Shown here: in pieces, positions 61,122 through 64,000 of the stretch
Layout of the letters: every line of letters begins with the position of its first letter
Numbering within the stretch: position 1 is the stretch's first letter
From: Botryllus schlosseri
Taxonomy: Eukaryota
Length of the DNA: 64,000 bases
NCBI GenBank assembly: GCA_051294905.1
Contig: CM119372.1
Span: 32,490,001-32,554,000, forward strand
Direction: 5' to 3'
The notes under the pieces: model-generated
What the model was told of the DNA's origin: nothing
Seen by the model: only the letters and a program-made list of their open reading frames with translations
Databases searched by the model: none
Position numbers and translations under genes: made by a program

Positions 61122-63858
61122 CATTGTTCCCTCTAATTTTTCATGAGTCCGCGCAAACACGTCAACGCACTGCGCAGGCCCTTGGACAACAGTGCGCAAC
61201 CAGCCCCCCATTGGGTGATAAACTAGCTTATGGGGGGCTTCGCCCCCAGACCCCCCTCGGCATCTAGTTTTTTGACCAGTCATTATCATCTACATGGGGC
61301 CCGTTTAATGGTTGGATCGCCTAAACGCACGAAGCGTGAAAAATTTATATAATTCATGATTGCATCGGCCAATATCATCGGGAATTGCATATATTTTGCT
61401 ATCAATCTTTATCCTCTCCATGGTCACATAATCAGATTTACCGGTCGAGCTGATCGAGTGAGGTGTGTTGGAATAGTTTGGCCCTCTAAATAATAATGAC
61501 ATCTTCGGGCCTGCCCGTTGGTATAATGATTTGTTACATGAGGCTATTTCGGGACCTCCCATCTGCTGTGTAAAAAGATATTTAAATCGCCCAAACGTAC
61601 TATACTAAAAGACGTACACGATTTCAAATTGGCATTTCTTTACCGGAAAATAATGTTCCCTCGATATGGCATTTGTCTTACACTGTAAAAACTGGGCCCA
61701 CTCCTAGAGGTGGTTCAAAATGCCACCCCATGATCAGAACGGTAGGGTGGACTGGTCTACCCACGCCACAGGGTAGACTGGTCCAACCACGCCACAGGGT
61801 AGACTGGTCTAACCACCCCTATCCGGATATAACCCTTACCTATCCGGATATTATTTACAAAAGTAAATCCAAGGCATAACAACCCATATCCTGCCCGAAA
61901 ATCTTCATCAAACGCTCAATCTCCGGTTACCAATACCAACCCATATCTTTGTCAAACGCCTATTCCTGCTGCACTCTTATATACCATATCGGTTTTTGTG
62001 ATGTTTATCGAAGTGTTCATTATGCCTCGCATGCTGACATAAATTACCAAACATCGTCATTATTTCAGGCAACTCATTTGCAAATTAGTCACTAATCTCA
62101 CGAAGTTTGGTGCGAACAGCACAACTGGCCTTTAAATTAGGCACGCGAGCGAGAAAAATCGACATGAAAGTGAGAGATCTTTCAGTCTTGGGTGAAAATG
62201 TCATGTTGAAGACCCAAGGAATTGATATCATCACCGCCAATGCGTGATGAAAGCTGCGTATTTGTGTCATGCGTTGCCCTTCAAAACCGACTGTCCACTC
62301 TTCATTCGTCGTATCAAAACAAATGACAGGGTATCCATTTCCGTGTTTGGGTGTCTGTTATTATATCAAAAAAGAATTAGGACAAATCTACACAGCACAT
62401 CACACAGACACATACTTCTAGCTATCAGCAGTGTTGGGATCAAGCCACTACCTTCGAGTGACGAGTCATTTTGACTCGAGTCAAGTCAGAATTCAAGTCA
62501 AGTTGCCTTTTCGAAGCAAGATGTATGAATATGTCTCAAGTGACTCGAGTCAAGTCAGAATTCAAGTCAAGTTGCCTTTTCGAAGTAAGATGTATCATTA
62601 CGTCTCAAGTGACTCGAGTCAAGTCACGAGTCAAGTTGCCTTTTCGAAGTAAGATGTATCATTACGTCTCAAGTGACTCGAGTCAAGTCACGAGTCAAGT
62701 TGCCTTTTCGAAGTAAGATGTATCATTACCAACCGGGGGTCCGCAAAGCATTTTCAGGGGGTTCGCGAAGCCTCAAAATAGTTGATAACCTAATTTGTAT
62801 TTTTTTAAATTCGGAAAATCACTTGGCAGTTTTGTTTTATTACTAGTAAAACTCTCAGAGCTTATATCAACAGAATAACATGAATAAAGGGATGGTAAGA
62901 ACCCTGAAAGGTTCAGGTTTGTGTGAACATTTTGCATAAGTATACTGTGGGACTCGGATCGCAGAACAGGAACATTCGGCGCCAGCCATTTAGGCGCCTA
63001 TGGACATGGACAATTAAACATATATGTATATATATCGGAGTTTTCGGTCAGCATAAGGGCAGTCCTTTTCGACCAAGGTTTTCTCGCTGCTGATCGTTCT
63101 GGCGCACTTTTCAGAGTCGCATGTTACATAGCCTATAACTTCATATGTTATGGCACGTCATGGTGCGGTAATGGCAGACGCACAAGTGCCAATTTATATA
63201 AAGCATGCGTATTTTTTTTTGTTGGGGAAGGGTAACCAATATTCCATATATCTGACAGTATCAAATCGCGCATAGTGCGACAAAAATTCATGAAATATTC
63301 CAACATATACACTATGATTTATGTTAATTCACGAAATAAATTTGGGCCCCCTTCGAGCTCGGCCCCTCCTTACGCAATGTTCATGCCACGCGGAGAAGAC
63401 TATTCGTTAGTTTCTCGCAGATTAACTTCGAGCCACTTGTTGTCCCATTGTTATTTATAACTTTGTTAAACCATGTTATTTCGCCATTCCCAGAAAATAC
63501 TGCGCTATCGAAATTATATCAGTATCGCTCACGCGTACGAGAGCATACTTTAAAAAATCTCTTCCGTGAGGCGCACGTGATTGTAAATGCTCATTTCTTC
63601 ACGGAGCGCAATATTTACCTTTGCGGGCTTCACTTGTACCTCGGTTTCAGACTTCAGTGATAACACTATTTGCCCGTGGCAATGTTCCATCTAATTTGTC
63701 ACGAGACTGCGCGCCAGCGTGGTCCATTGGACAACAGTGCGCAACGATTAAAAAAAAACATCACTTCGAATTTTCTGTGCGCAGCTTAGATTTTCTGTGC
63801 GCAGAGACCGTTTCAGCACTGCGCATTTGCGCACGTGCGCAGCTTAGAGGGAACATTG
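61122..63858. mobile_element. Composite hAT-type insertion (CAATGTTCCCTCTAA TIRs) in intron 6 of gene D
   Basis: CATTGTTCCCTCTAA...TTAGAGGGAACATTG with perfect TSD CATACAGT. The empty site is present in gene C (about 36420). Confidence 0.85.
62472..62729. repeat. Tandem array of four 64-69-bp GACTCGAGTCAAGTC units
   Basis: Units start at 62472, 62541, 62610 and 62674. Confidence 0.85.
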
Positions 63859-64000
63859 CATACAGTAGGCCTATATTGTCAGTTTGTAAATCTGACTCAT
63901 CTATACAGGACGTTGGAAGAAACGGCATTGTCCAGGCAGATGGGGTAAGTGGATTGTCGCTTTTGATCGAATAGTCTATATTTGAAGTGAACAAACCGTG

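Larger units (their letters stand above)
53392..63944 (+). pseudogene. Gene D: recent duplicate of gene C, probably pseudogenised or truncated; continues beyond the window
   Basis: Exons 53392-53524, 53650-53753, 54068-54127, 59799-59846, 59911-59961, 60982-61028, 63909-63944. Exon 6 is 47 nt rather than 45 (reads ENKTKMA*) and its donor is GC not GT. G-to-D change in the signal peptide; LTR element in intron 3; 2.7-kb insertion in intron 6. Confidence 0.7.
52623..64000 (+). repeat. Segmental duplicate of 32091-36555 (gene C block), expanded by two large insertions
   Basis: Colinear high identity in upstream DNA, exons and introns, from ggtatcatatgaaactctgctcgcgg to gaacaaaccgtg at the window end. 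Confidence 0.9.

Overview
Eukaryotic (invertebrate-type metazoan, AT-rich) genomic DNA. The host cannot be identified from the sequence. The main content, almost invisible in the ORF track, is a cluster of four paralogous micro-exon genes: A 11111-16113 (-), B 24397-29928 (-), C 32858-39325 (+) and D 53392->64000 (+, apparently damaged). I reconstructed them by hand from GT/AG boundaries conserved between paralogs. Each encodes a secreted precursor: signal peptide, an 8-Cys domain of invariant spacing, an acidic linker, an R-X-K-R furin site, and a Cys-free, Gly-rich, cationic beta-strand peptide ending in F/W, with a G-K/G-R-K amidation signal in B and C. The mature peptide resembles insect hymenoptaecin/attacin-type antimicrobial peptides and is built from phase-0 exons of about one turn plus one strand each. 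The rest of the window is a dense, deeply nested transposon landscape: many hAT-type MITEs with 8-bp TSDs, three hAT transposase remnants, a large foldback, a palindromic 106-bp satellite and a young Ty3/Gypsy (Mag-like) LTR element inside gene D. It also holds a tRNA-Leu(TAA) gene and a tRNA-derived SINE-like element.
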